Part shown: positions 14,811 to 30,100 of the stretch, piece by piece
How positions within the stretch are numbered: position 1 is the stretch's first letter
Layout: each line of letters starts with the position of its first letter
DNA from: Daphnia carinata
Taxonomy: Eukaryota
DNA: 64,000 nt
Direction: 5' to 3'
NCBI RefSeq assembly: GCF_022539665.2
Contig: NC_081331.1
Location: 2,480,001 to 2,544,000, forward strand
The notes under the pieces: model-generated
Told to the model about the DNA's origin: nothing
Seen by the model: the letters and a program-made list of their open reading frames with translations, nothing else
Database searches by the model: none
Program-made: the position numbers and the translations under genes

Positions 14811-14816
14811 TATATA
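14811..14816 (-). promoter_or_regulatory. Candidate TATA element of a proximal PDE3 promoter
   Basis: TATATA about 1.25 kb upstream of the PDE3 ATG, with TGACGT half-CRE at about 14965 and a possible minus-strand donor (GTGAAC) near 14562. Confidence 0.3.
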
Positions 14817-17136
14817 GACGAAGAGGAGGAGGAGATACGGGTGGGAGGTGTTGGGAGGTATAACGAGTACTGAGAGAGAGTTTGTAACGGAGGCAATCTG
14901 GAACGCACTGCTGTTGCAGCGAGTCTAACGCAGGCGCAGTCTTGTTTCTACCCCATCGACGTGATGACGTGCATACACGCACGGGCCCTCACTTCTCCTC
15001 CTCTTCCATCTGCGCCTTCCCTTCTTATTTATTCGCGTCCAGGGCGTCTAGCCTACCGTGAGCGACGGCTGTGTCTGAACGAAAGACGACTGACTCTCGA
15101 CACTAATCGATCTTTTTCTTTTAATCTCTCTTAATAATACGAATTGTAACGGCGGCAACGTTATTGAAAACGTGGAGTCTCACGTCCTCACGAACAAATT
15201 AAGAACAGATTTTCGTTTTAAAATATTAAAACGGAAAAAAAGGGCAAAAAAAATCAATAGAACAAACTTTTAAGACCGTGTTTCTAGTGTTGTCTGTATC
15301 AACAACACCACAACAACAACAAAAAACAAGCGAATTTAATCCGCCTGCCGAAAAAGGGATCCATGGAATTTCGCCCAAAAAATATACTAGTAAATTTAAT
15401 GCATAAAAATCATCTTAGGAAATACAAAAGGAAAAAAACTGTCCGGCAATTGTCATTTGCATGGTGGCTGTGGTAGTGCTGCTGTTATCAGTGGCAGGGT
15501 CGGTCGGGCAATCACGCTGTCGTGACAAACGCGAGGTAGCAAAACGCGCACGAAAAGACGGTGAATGCGCATTGACGTACTTCGCAGAATCAATGCTTCA
15601 TCGGATAGTTGGTTCACACAGTTCGTGGACGAATAAACATGGATTATTTAAAACAGGGAGCAAAACAGCCTTGCTCCGTATTTTTTTCCACGTGAAAAAT
15701 AAAGTCAAAGAACGTATACACCCAACCCCTAATACGCAATGTCAGGGAGAGAGGAAAAACAAACATTTTGGTCAGCAACTAGAGAGCTGGGCAAAGAATA
15801 TTAAAAACCAAGTTTGACCGCTTTTTTTTGCCATCACTCGAGGGGAGTCTTTAGCGCATTTGAAGTTTGTGACCTTCAAGGCAATAGCCATCAAGCGATA
15901 TGCCCACAATTGGTATGCCAGCTCATTCATGAACTCTCACATAAAAAATCGTAATTGAATCAACGTACACCCTTGAATATTTTTGACCATCCATCAAAAA
16001 GGTCGACGTTTATCATTACGGATCGTCTGTGCAATGTCACATCTCGTTGAGTAACACAAAAACGCTTTTATAAATGCTTCACCTGACTCACAGTCCTAAC
16101 CTAATATTGTTGATCGCAGCTTCATAAAGAAAGGTAGACTACCAGACCACGCAAGCTGCCAAGAACTTGGCCACGAAACGAGGCGTCCTTCGTCATGGGA
16201 CGTGGCGGCCGTAAAAGACTTTCCCTGGACGTTTTGACAAGACCGACCTTTGCGTGCTGTACAAACATACAGTCGTGACTAACGTACACAAACCCAAAAC
16301 ATTATATACACAAAACATATACTTAACATTAATCGTGCATTACATATAACGTACTTTCGTAAAGCGGCGTTGTGATTCTACGTCGTCTACAGTTCAACAA
16401 TGGCGGCACAGTCTAATAAGTGTTCTTTTGTTAATTACGACAAAATACTTGCTTTGTCTCTCTAGATTCTGTGATCTCATTTTTTTGTTTTCTTTTTTTT
16501 TTGGGGGGGGGGGAGTAAGTCATCAATAGAAAAAAAAAGCAAATGTGAAAACTCGAAAAAAATTTCTAATGTGAATTCGCCAAAAAATGTTGGACTGCCG
16601 AACGTTGTTGAACGACACCCAAAATGGCGCTTTCACTTTGTTAATTTTCTTGTTGCAGTGTCGTTGCCCCCCATGACATGTAAGCTACTGTGGCAACAGG
16701 TAAAAATTATCTTTCTATGTCAAAGCAAGAATTGAACCAGGTTTTGTTTGTACTTTTTGTGTCTGAATCAGCAATAGTCACGAGTTGGGTTTCACGAAGA
16801 AAGTCTAACATATACAACACAAACACCCACGGTATAATTTGGTATGATGGATGCAATAAATTACGAGCCTCTCAATTAACTCAAAAGATGCAGTTGGGTA
16901 ATCAAATGTTAATGAGGACTTACCGGGAAACGTGTCCAGAGATGTTGATTAAGCTGCAAACCGATCCAAGAGTTTTACTTCGCACGACCACTTCGTTTCA
17001 CACTGGTGAAACTACTCAACACGTGTTTCGCAGCTTCATTCCAAAACGCCATCTGAAGACTAATGATGAAACCAGCGTGCAGACGACGAACCAAAAAAAA
17101 AAAAAAAACAGAGTATCGGAAAAAAAATATTATAAC

Positions 17137-18139
17137 ATGGCGGGCCATTCGAAAAAATTGTGGTTCATTTTATTATTTTGTGCATCAATCGTAAGAACTG
17201 ATGAAACATTAACTTCGCAAAAATCAATAGAAAATGTATCAGGAAAGCAGGAGGACATCAATACCAACGCAGTTGCTTTATGTAAGTCCCGAATGTGCTC
17301 TCCTGTCAAAGCCTACCTAAATTTCAACTTTTGTTGCTTATTAATGTCCATTTTCAAAACTGCTAGTTGAAAGATTATTTCAGCTCAAAAGAAGCGATCA
17401 GAAAGATGCTGTACAGCGAATTCTGGCCATCAAATCAGTTGAAAAGCAGAACAAGCTTTTAAAGCTTGTCATTACCAAGATTATGGAGGTTGGCAGCATG
17501 ATTTCACAAAAATAAATAGTGCTTTACATTTTTATCATGTTCTTAGGTTCTTATGCAAAGTAGAGTCAACCTTGAAAGTTCTGGTTACCTTCCAGGATCT
17601 GGATTTCCTCTCGTAGAATCTCTTCGGGATGGTATACTGTTACTTTTTGTGTTTCTTCTCCAGATTGTAACAGATAATGTGTGTTTCAATGCTTACAGCT
17701 TTATCAAGCATGATTGAAAACACTGCATTTATGGGGATCTTGTGCTCTATTTACCTGATGCCACAAAAGCATTCCTTAAAGATAATGAGTGGAATACTAT
17801 TTTCAAATGGAGTTTAAGTCTATGCCAAGAAACTGCCTTTCTCAGCAATAATACAAAGAAAATGTTGCACTTGGTAACTAATCTCAATTTTAAGATGACA
17901 AGCCACATTTTCTGAACAATTGAGCCATTATTACTTATCACTGCCTACATAATTAAATATTCCAGGTTGCTCAAGAGTTAAACCTCATTGAAAGAGAACC
18001 TGGTTACTTAAATCCATACGCGGAAACCAACAGAAGAAAGCCAGTTGATTTACCCGAGATTCCACAAAAAAAAAACGTGAAAAAAAAAATATCGAAAGGT
18101 CCTTCGCTGTCTGGGGCAAGATTAAAAAGTGAACTGTGA
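17137..18139 (+). CDS. CCDC134: Coiled-coil domain-containing protein 134 (ER luminal), 5 exons
   Basis: Signal peptide MAGHSKKLWFILLFCASIV. Spliced product contains ERLFQLKRSDQKDAV, ENTAFMGDLVLYLPD, VAQELNLIEREPGYLNPY and KGPSLS, and ends in the KDEL-like KSEL*. These match recalled CCDC134 motifs. Confidence 0.85.
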
Positions 18140-18179
18140 AACCTAAAAATGTTGTATTTTTTTAAAATAAAATACAGAA

Positions 18180-20009
18180 TTATCTGCTGGTGGATGCGCT
18201 AAAGACTTTAATAGCGTCTGGTAAAATGGTAACTCTGATGGGTTTCACCTCATAGTTGTCATTGTCTATCGAATACCATCTTTCAACATCTGTTGCTTTT
18301 TCCTCTTCTCCTTTATCGCTTTCTGCAGCAGATCTCTCTTCTGTATTAGGAATCATTTCAAATTGGCGAACAGGAATTTTTTCGCTATGTATGTGACTGA
18401 CTCCTGTTCTCGCTCTAAGCCAACCTTCTTTCATGAAATCGAATTTGCTGATATTTTTAGGACCTATAGAAAGACATTTTTATGACACTAAACGGTCTTT
18501 AGGAAAAAAGTTCTGTGTTACCAAGATTGACTTCTAAATGTTTTGGCTTATTTGGGGGCGTGAAAGCCAAATTATTCTCCGTTAAACTTTGGAATTCAAC
18601 GGCTGAGAAATCCTTTTGGTGCCATACCCCACATTCCGGGTTAATAATATTGGAATAATCTTTAGTCTGTTTGGTTTCTACAAAGAAAAAAAAAACATTA
18701 ATATGGGCCTTCTTCAATAGGTTTGGGAGACTGAATATTACCTTTAACGGGTTTAGCTCGCGGTATGAAAGCATGCCACCAACGAGTATTCTGTGCTGTT
18801 GAGCCGTACTTCGGTTCAGTGGCGTCTTGCAATGCGTTTGTCATACAGTTTCTGCATCCATCACAGGGCACAGTGTACTGAAACCGTGATTCACATTCCC
18901 AGGTGAGATTTCTGAATGCTCCAAACAAATAGGCAGCATATGGTTTAAGTGGCCCCCATAGCCAATATTTTCCGATTCTTTCGTCTACGTCTCGAAATGC
19001 TCCCCACTTGAGCTCACCAAGAGCGTAAACTGGTTTCCCTGGGGTCTTTTCCCCATCGTCCAATACCTCAACCTTCATGACATCGACATGTTTCTTATAA
19101 TCTCTTACGATTGCCATCGTAGCTTCAGCCATTAGTTTGATTCTATCATCTGGAAAAAAATACAGTTTATTTGAGACAGCAGTTTCTAATTGAATTACAA
19201 TTTGATAGGCAATAATACCTTTATATTCTTTGAAAATGGATTTTGCAATGTTATTTAGTTTGCCTACAGGAATTATACCTAGAAAGCAACAAAGAAAATT
19301 TTGAAGTTTTCCTAAAACTATATTTGAGGAAAACGTCCATGTAATAGAATTATACCTATTGGAAACCTTTGAACAGCAAATCCACTGTCATTCCTCCTTA
19401 ACAATCCAGTTACTGCCTCAGTCAATGCCCCATCCCCGCCAGCAACTACAACTGCATCACAATTGTCCATCACATCCATTAAGCCCCTAGCTTCTCCAAC
19501 AGATTCTGTTTTTACCACACTGACCTAAAAGGCGAAAGGTATACCCTATTACCGATAAAGGGATATTAATATTAAAAGACACAAACCTTCATTCCTGATA
19601 GGTAGAGCAATGGGGCACAGTACTCCTCAAACTCTGCCTTTCCTTTACTGTATTTTCAAATGGTGCTTCTATAATGAAACAGTTCAAAATTTACATTTAC
19701 AGCATACCCATCATTTGATGCAGGATTCAAAACTACAGTGATCTGGCGAACAGGTGCTCCGATCGGAAGTGGAGCATCTCCAAAAGTTTTCGCTTCCTCA
19801 CAATATAGTTTTAACATCTCATTAGTTCTGCAACGGAATGGTTAGCTCATCTGTACGATCCGTTATCTACAAAGTATATATCTTTCCTGTGACAAATACC
19901 TGTATTTTTTTACGCCATAGTTTACTCCATACGAAACAACGATCAGACCAAAAGTAGTTTTCTTCCAATTATTCCGTAGAGTTTTAAAGATACGAATAAT
20001 TCTTGCCAT
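18180..20009 (-). CDS. AGK: Mitochondrial acylglycerol kinase, multi-exon
   Basis: N-terminus [21 protein letters not shown] (AGK-type). DAGK catalytic motifs [25 protein letters not shown] and [24 protein letters not shown]-terminal [12 protein letters not shown]. Confidence 0.93.
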
Positions 20010-20780
20010 GATGAGAATTCACCGACTTTACGAGATCGTGTGTTTTGAAAATAGACGAATTGCAGACGATCTTCTAAATCGACATCTAGCGGTGATGACA
20101 TTAATTTTAAAATTTCCGTTCAGCCTTTGTAATGTTTGCAGTTTGCGATGGCAATTTTATTTTAGCAATCTAATTGCCTGAATGAAATAATAAAACCTTG
20201 AATAATAGATTCATCAGCTAGGAAAAATATTAAAAACCGTCAATAAACCATGTAGCATGTCGTATTATTAGCTTTTTCTCCTGAAATCTAATCTTAATGC
20301 TCGTCAAGTAGCCTACCAATTGCTTCTCCAACGGATATGCTTCAATTTTTCGCCAATCGGATCAATTCATCCATGCTTTGCTTAACATGAAAGCGCTACA
20401 ATACTAAAAAAACAATATTATACGTATGACATCTTTGCGGAAACTCTACACATTTACAGACGATCCTCGATCTAGTAGTACCGTTCATTACCAGGATTGA
20501 ATTCGCTAACTATTAGATACAGAACAGGTAGTTTGTTGGTTGTTCCTTATATGCTAATTTCCCAAAATGCGTGCGATGATCCAATCATTCAATTTACACA
20601 TCAGACGAGTGTTTTAATTTGCCAGCAAAGGAGTTAAAACAATAATAGCGTACTTTAAAAACCAAAATCACAATGTATTTCCGTCCATCATACTCAGAGT
20701 AGCTTGTGATGACAGATGTCAAACGAACTGATAAAATATATTAGTATCTTTGCCATTTTGTTATTGCAGAGCATCAACAG

Positions 20781-22160
<1,380 letters not shown>

Positions 22161-24172
22161 CGCGTGTTGGAATGTGGTAGTCCTACTGTACCTCTAGGGC
22201 AGTAGGTAATAATGCGGCTATAACTGCATGCAAGATGACCTGTAACGAAGTGCAGCATGTTTTCCTATTTCAAGGTTTTTAAAGCCCGGTTGCGGACTCT
22301 GTAAGTCACACTTCCCAGCCCACCGTACGTGAGTTGCTATGCTCCTTATCTAGATCTTCAAACAAAAAATGCATGAGATATTTAGCGATATACTATCAAA
22401 GTGACACCTCCAAAGACCGGAAAGGTGTTTGTTACAAAACAGTACTGAATATTTTATTTGATAACATGGAAAGCGGATATGAACCTACGTGCTCTTCTAA
22501 TTAATGATTCCAAGATACATTTGGATCAACCTTCCTATGCAAAAGGAATATTAAACGGAGTTAGACATCACACGAGCCCCTCGTTCTTGATAAACGTGCA
22601 AATAAAAAATAATTCAAAAATAGAAAATTCTTCTTATTTACCGCAGGACTGTGTAACTCTTTATCTCTTCGTTTTGGTACAAGTAGGGCGTTAATTAGAA
22701 CTTTGTGGCAACTACATTACAGGAACCGACACGATGCTGATCTCAGTTGTTCATCCCATCAATAAAACATAAGTCTAACATTCCTTGGCGGTATACTTCT
22801 TTGAAAGTTTACCGTCACGCTCGTGAAAGACTTACGCAACTGAACGCAACAATGCTTTTGTAAAGAAGAGAAAAAATATCAAAACCAGTCGTAATTACTT
22901 ATAAATTACCTTTCATCACTTGGTCGCTTTGTGGATCGTTCACACGTCGAAAGATGATCCGCCTAAATGGATTTTGATACTTTGCTCTATACTTGTTGTT
23001 ATTACAATGGATAGGGAAAAAATGTACCTTATCACACTATACTGAGAACGTTCTCTGTAACACTCGTGACGGACCAATTTTCACTCTTGATATACTCTAC
23101 CCAGTTCTATATCCCCCATAAGAAGCAGGTCTTCAGGTACTTGGCCTCAGTGTTCACCGCAGCAGATGGTAGTAGCGGGGAATTTCCTGAAAAGAAAAAA
23201 ATATATTTTAGTTGGGATGAAAATTCTTGACAAATGTTGAATATTTGATAAGTACAGGTCACGGTAAACTGCTGAGGCATTTCAATTACCTTTAGTGTAC
23301 GTGGGAATCTTCTTTTCGTTGTTCTGCAACGCATGATATCTCAAGACAACAAGCTGCATACAATGAATTCCGTGAAAGCTATCAAAAAGACCATCAAACT
23401 GCCTGAAATTGTTAGATTTCACAAGAATTGAATTTGCATTTGAGGGTAACGCGGAACACGCCGCATTTGCTTTTCCAAATGATTTTATTACTTACGTCAA
23501 GCATCAGTCATTTAAATACATAAGTGGCATGTAGAAACTATTTATGGTAATCAAAAGAAAGTGAGGCAATATATGTAGTGCAAATTACTATTAAAAAATC
23601 AAACGGAAAGGAAGTTGTGTCTTGGGAAGCACCCTTAAATATATGTTAAATCACACAGGTAATAGGTTATAAGGAAAATGGCATTATGTACAAAGAAAAC
23701 TGAAGTTGACCCCTGCAAAACGCAGACAAATCGGCCAATGCCTTCGTAAAAACGCTGTTGAAAAAAAAGGGTTTATGTTTACAAGCACAGCTTAACACAA
23801 GCGCTGTGTATCCACCACATCGGATTATAACGACGATAATTTGTAACGATTCAAATCTTCCTGACGCAGGTATTTTCAACATTTCACAAGTAAGTTTATG
23901 GGTGAAAGTAAATGACGTGGGATGAAAATAGAAACCATAATAAAAATGGGAGAAAACGATTTAGTAATCGTAACAGTAAAAGACTTAACCAACAATAGAA
24001 TATACGTACACATTTTGGATTTCAGCTGTAATATATCCCAAAGCTGAATGGAAACAAATTTTTGTATCTAGTTCCATTCAATTTCATCATGCGCCCACCA
24101 GCAACAACAACAAAAACAAAGTCGGAAGAAGAAAAATCATTTTTCTTTCTTAAGGTTTCCCCCCTTCTACAT

Positions 24173-27100
24173 CTACCAATCACCCCCAGCGTTACGTTTG
24201 CTATGTTTATGGTGATGATGGTGATGATGACGCTTCTTTTCGCCATGATGATGTTTAGTTCCCGATTTAGGGTAGACATCCGAGACGACCATTTCGCCTT
24301 CTTCACGAACGACTTCGCTGTGACGAGTTCGATAATTCGGGTCATCCATGGTCTCCTTGCGAGAAGCTTGAGCGTGATGGTGATGATGACTCTTGGTGCG
24401 CTTCGGTTGTTCAGGATCACGTAAATTATCCCAAGCCTGACGATACGATTTGCTTAACCCAGCCGCGCCCGTTCCCCCTGCTCCCGCATCAATGCTGGAC
24501 GAGTCGAAAGTGGCGGCTGTTTGGGTCTCGCTGGATGCTCCGCGGCGCCGATAGCGTTTATCATTACGAATGCTTCAGACAAACAAAGAAAAATTCGAGA
24601 ATCCGTTAGCATTTTTTTGCAGTCTTTGCGAGATAAACTTAAAAGATGTGCTAGAAAATTGTTAAAAATCAAGCAACTGTTTCGGTGGCAAAACAAAAAA
24701 GCGTTAACCACATCCACGGATGTCGTTTTGAAAATTAGTTCCTTTGTTAAAGGTCAGTTAATCATGTCAGTGCGGTTGAAATGTTTAAAATTTTGCCTTC
24801 ACCAGACCCACGCCAAAAGTGTTAAATAAGATAGTAAATGGAAAGGGAATGTGGCAGGGGAGAAGCTCATGCGCATTTTCAAAACTAAGTCAATTTCTGC
24901 TGTTTTTTTTTTTTATTTAGCGGTGCACAATGGAGAATATGAAGCCGGTAATTATCTTTAAATAGAAAAACTCTCGGATCGTAAACGTTTTTCTTTTTTT
25001 GCAAAACTGGACTGTCCGGATCGATGATATCAACTGTCAGATTCATTCCAAACATCTCCAGGCACGCATGTGCACAAATGGACATTTGACACTGAATCTC
25101 CGTGATACTTTCCATTCGGATATGTCAGTCATCGCGGTTGAAAACGAACTTTGTGTCTAGTTACCCTGGAAATCGACTAGTTGACGAAGAGGATACATTT
25201 GAGTAGAGAGCGTCAGTCGTCTTCGGTAATTTACGTTTTTGGGATAAAGGGAATCGGGAATTTTGTGGGTGAAGTCAAGAAGGTGGAGGCAAATTACGGT
25301 TGCGTGATGCGGGGAGTTAACGACGAATAGGAAAAGATTAAATGTTTATGGCTTCTGGGTGAGTAAGGGAATGCGATGGGATTTTTAAAATAAAAGGTAT
25401 TGGTATTTTTAGGGCTGTGATGCGGCAGCGGTAGTGATAGGTGCTTTTTCGTCAGAGAACTGTCCGGCTTTTGGTCCGCATTTGGAGGATAGAGACTTGT
25501 CAACGCGTCCGACTGTCTGGTCCGGGAAAGGCAAGGCCAGCCAGCGTGAATGCGCTTGGCTCTCGATCGTGCGCGACATCGGCTCGCCCCGCAGTCGCAA
25601 ACTATTATGTTTTATGTGTGTGTATAAAGGTAGGGCGTAGGGAAATACACAGACATAGGCAAGATGGAGACAAGAAAAAAAGTCAACTGAAATTAGTTAC
25701 ATACGTCGAAAGAACGCGGAAAACAATGTCTTCAACCTTCATTAGAAAATTGACTTGTATGCACATTTCTCGTCGATTGATCATTAATTTCATCAACAGA
25801 AATCGACCAGTTAAATTAAAAAGTATTCTATATCATATCTGTTGTCATTTCTATCAAAGCCTTTATCTATTTAAAAAATAACGCATTCACCTTAATACCA
25901 CTTTCTACCGAGTAGATATCAAGAGGCACATACGTGAAACAAATGCAAACTAAACTAGTTAATTTTTCCTAGGTGTCCCCAAATCTTAGCGCTCTACTCT
26001 ACTACAACGATCAAATGAAAAACTCAAACCACTATTTACAATCAATATGGATATTTAAAGCATGCGTGAAGGGAGTGGGAATTGGGTGATGTTAGCATTA
26101 TGAATAAAAGAAATGTTGATAAGGGACTTACCGGCGGACGACGATGACGAACGTGGTGATGATGGCCGATAGGAAGACGAAACCTCCAAAAACTCCTAGC
26201 GCGATGATGCCTCCTAATAAACGAAAAACCGATTAGTCGAGTTTATTAGATTAAAAACATATGGCCCATGAACGTACCTAAATTCAGCTTTGGGGTAAAT
26301 CCTTGGCTGTCGGATTCGATGGTATTTTGCGGCTCGTTGACATTGGGCGGCACGTTGTTCTTGACGTTGGAACTGTCGGCAATCTCGTTATCTTGAGGAG
26401 AGAGATAGACAGGGCCATTGGGGACATTAAGGGCCACGTTAGCTTTAACTCTGTTGTTGTCATTAGAAAAGACGCCTGCCCGGCTTTGGCTTGTGCCAGT
26501 GGGTCTGTTGTTAAGCTTCGTCAATCGTGTCGGGTCGAATGGTCTCCGAGTAGGTACAGTCGGCATAGAAGTACTTTTCGGCCGAACAGAAGTACTAGTC
26601 GTTGTTGTCGTCGATCGAACTGTACTCTCCACTTTCGTGACCTTTGCGCGAGTGGTGCTTGTGCTCTTGGTCGTCGGTGCCGCTGTTGTAGTGCTAATTG
26701 TGCTAGGTATCGTGCTTCTCGTCGACGCAACAGGTTTCATGGTGGTGGGCGCAACTGTGCTGCTAGGGCTGATTTTAGCGGTGGGCACAGGTGGGTTGAA
26801 TTTGGAGGCAAAATTTGCTGGGATGAAACCCTCATCATGGCTCTCGTCGTAATACTCGTAATCATATTCGGTCTCGTGTGATTGCAGGGGAAGGTCAATC
26901 TTGCGATCGACCGGCATCACATTCTTTTCCGGCTGGCGAGAGTCCTCGTCTTCCGCGTCTTGAAATTCAATAGTTTGTTTTTGTCGTAGTTTTAGTTTTG
27001 TTGAAAGAAATTGAAAATTTTGTATACAAAAAAAAAAATGATCCCACCCCATAATAAAATGAAAAAGAAGAAAGAAACATTTTCAAATCAATCCAACCGA

Positions 27101-30100
27101 GTCATTCTAAACTCAAGTCACGAACAGAGACACAAAGAACTTTTACTGTTACGCCCTCCCCTTTCCTATTTAACAAGAAATCACGGTGATCTACAGGACA
27201 GATGGTTGAAGACTAAATAATGCCACTTGCAAAAATGACTAATTGCATAGTGATTTGTTAAGTGCTTGAAATGTTAGGCCAAGTGTGTTTCCGTTGCTTA
27301 AAATGAAGTCGTTTGTTTCGTCGTGAGTCATAGTCACGCAAGTAAAATTACACACGTGTTTTCGTTCAACAACAGCGAATAGAGAAGGCTCGTTTCGGGG
27401 GCACAGGCAGGCTGAAGTCATGAATTTTCAAACGTAACACAACAATTACATTAGAAAAATCACTTACCGACGCAAACGGGAGGGTCCCGATCGTAATGGC
27501 CGTCGGATTGGCAGACGATGCGGCTGGGCCCCGACATCCGATAGCGCGAGTTGGTCAGGCAGTAGTACTCGACCACCGTTCCGGCCACGGTCGAGTTGGT
27601 CGAGAGCCGGAAACCGCCATTGTTGATGACGGGCGGTTCGAGACAGTAGACGGCTGTTTAAAAAATGAAACAGCGAACGCGCACGTGATCAATCAGATTT
27701 TCTAAATCCCATTTTGTTACGAACTACTTACGTTCACAACGAGGTGGAGGTCCGTTCCAACGACCATCGATGTCACAGATAAGATCTCCACGGCCGATGA
27801 GTTGGTAGCCATCATTACAAGAGTACGAAGTCATGCTGAGATAGTGGCGTGTGTCATTGACCAGCTTGTAACCACCGTTGGGAATCCGGGCCGGCATTCC
27901 GCATTGAACATCTGGATAGCATATTGAAGATGGTTGATAATCAATGGACATTCCACCGTATCGAAATTTGAATACCAAACTTACATTTGCATACGGGCGG
28001 ATATTCCCCGAAGAATCCAGATGAGAGGCATGTCCTGGTAGTTGGGCCAACGGCCATGTGGCCCGCATCACAACGATATTCCACTCGATTTCCGACATTG
28101 AAATTATCAGCTATCAATGTGCCGTTGGCTGGTTGTTCAGGCCGTCCGCACGACTTTGGACCTTTAAATGAGCATTGATCAAGTACGTCGTTTCGCTCGC
28201 GATTACATTTACGATAAGATAATGGCTTACGATGTTGGCAAATAAAGAAGAGTTTGCGGTTGCAATTGGTGTCTGACCAAAGCCATCCTTTGGTGCCATC
28301 GTAGCGGGCGCAATTCTCTCCGCCACCGGGCAAATTCCAAAATGAGACAGTGACGTCTTTACCCGAAAGCCATTTCCAATTGCTACGATCAACTGTATCT
28401 CGCATAAGCCCTAACCAATACTGACCACTTGGGTCATTCCGGCTATTCACACACAAAAACAACCACAATGTCAGAACTAAAAAAAAAAACTAATAGCAAA
28501 AAAATGGGTTCAAATTTCATACCTGTGCCGCCTCCATAATTCCCAACTAACGAATCCCTGTAAGGCTGGATTGGTTTCATCAATCAGTGATCCGCCACGG
28601 GCTTCACAGAATTGTCGGGCCTCGTTGAAGTTGAGTGGTTGATTGTCGTGAAACAGATAACATTTACCGTTATAGGTGGCACTACTGCCGGGTTCTTGAT
28701 CGCGGAATTGTGGACATCTTTCAATAGGCAGAGCCTTCAGGAAATGCCACAAAAAGAATTAACGTCAATGAAACCGTACGCTAAAACGACGGCAATTTGT
28801 AACGTGATGATTCGGAAAATTACCTGATCTGTGTAGACGAATGCCTCGCAAATGGAGAGGCTGTTGCCCGCCGGCCCTTCGAGATGAACGGAGACAAACG
28901 CTCCGGCCATGGGAGGATTGCACGGGAGGAAGAGCGGGCGTCCCTCTTCAATGAAACCAGTGAAGCGGTTACAGACGGCATTGACTCCCATGTCGGGACG
29001 GCTGTTGCCTACTCTCACAACAATTGTGGCCGGCTTACCATCCTCTGTGATTAGTTGTCAAAAGGAAAATAATGATTAGAAAGCAATCTATCTAATTTGA
29101 AAAGACTTTAATTACGTACAAAAGATGTCTCACGATTTAAAAGAAAAAGAGATATGTGATATTCTTACCGCAGCAAGGTTTGCCAAAGTCGAGTCGCACC
29201 AGCTGGACCATGTACGGCTCTAGAAGGTTGACGTACCACCAAGGGGAACGCTCCACTTCGGTCAAACTGCACGTTTCCGGCGTGAAGAAATTGCTGGTGC
29301 TACCGTCGACGGCTCGCTCTGGAACGCCGCCACCGGCCACACTAGATTGCATCGGCGCCTTACCGGCCGCCACGTTCAAAACTAGAAAAACGAAAAAGAA
29401 GATTATGTTAATTTCCTCTAGATTCTGGACCAATCTTCAACAACATCTAGCAGCTTGAAAAAGCCGTTTTAACAAGGGAACCTAACGGAACTAGATATGT
29501 GTATACATAATACGTCTAACTAATGGGTACATGTATGGTACGAAAGTTGAAGGAGTTATAAGCCCCGTGGAAAGAAAACTATATTAAATAATTCATTGTG
29601 ATTGCAGCTACTAAAAAGAACGGTTGGGAGAAATGCCAGATGGTATGACACGCATGTAGGAGGTTCACGTAGTCTTCAAACGACAGATGTTGTTGTGCTG
29701 AGAGAATCATTGCATGCGGTCAGGCTCGCAATGAAGAGGAAATCAAACGCGGGTTTGAACCGTTACTTTCCCTATAATGCTGCGATGTTTCCGTAATAAA
29801 CAAGAAGTTGGAACTTCGTTCCTCCTTCTTTAGCTGGTAATATTTTATTTCAATTTAGGGAGGGACCCGAAGCAAGAAAAAAGAGGACATACCACGAGCG
29901 GTAAACTACGTTACGGATTTATACTGTATGTTGGTTATGATTGCGGTTGTTTTTTCGTATGAAGGAGAACACACGTAGGTAGTGGTTACACGTTCGACTG
30001 GGAACCAAAAATCGGACATGATTAATGTCGGTACGCGCTGGTTTGTGGCGGTAGACCGGGAAACAGGACATCAAAAACGACCTACTTGGTATGTTAAGCA

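Noticed and set aside
16690..17136. N-terminal 149 codons of the 226-aa plus-strand ORF
   Set aside because: Chance upstream extension; the signal peptide and CCDC134 similarity start at ATG 17137.
23100..23394. In-frame TGA codons suggesting a selenoprotein
   Set aside because: No redox motif, no selenoprotein similarity and no SECIS seen; stop frequency is about random.
26303..26881. Long plus-strand ORFs (192 and 144 aa)
   Set aside because: Antisense shadows of the S/T-rich mucin exon.
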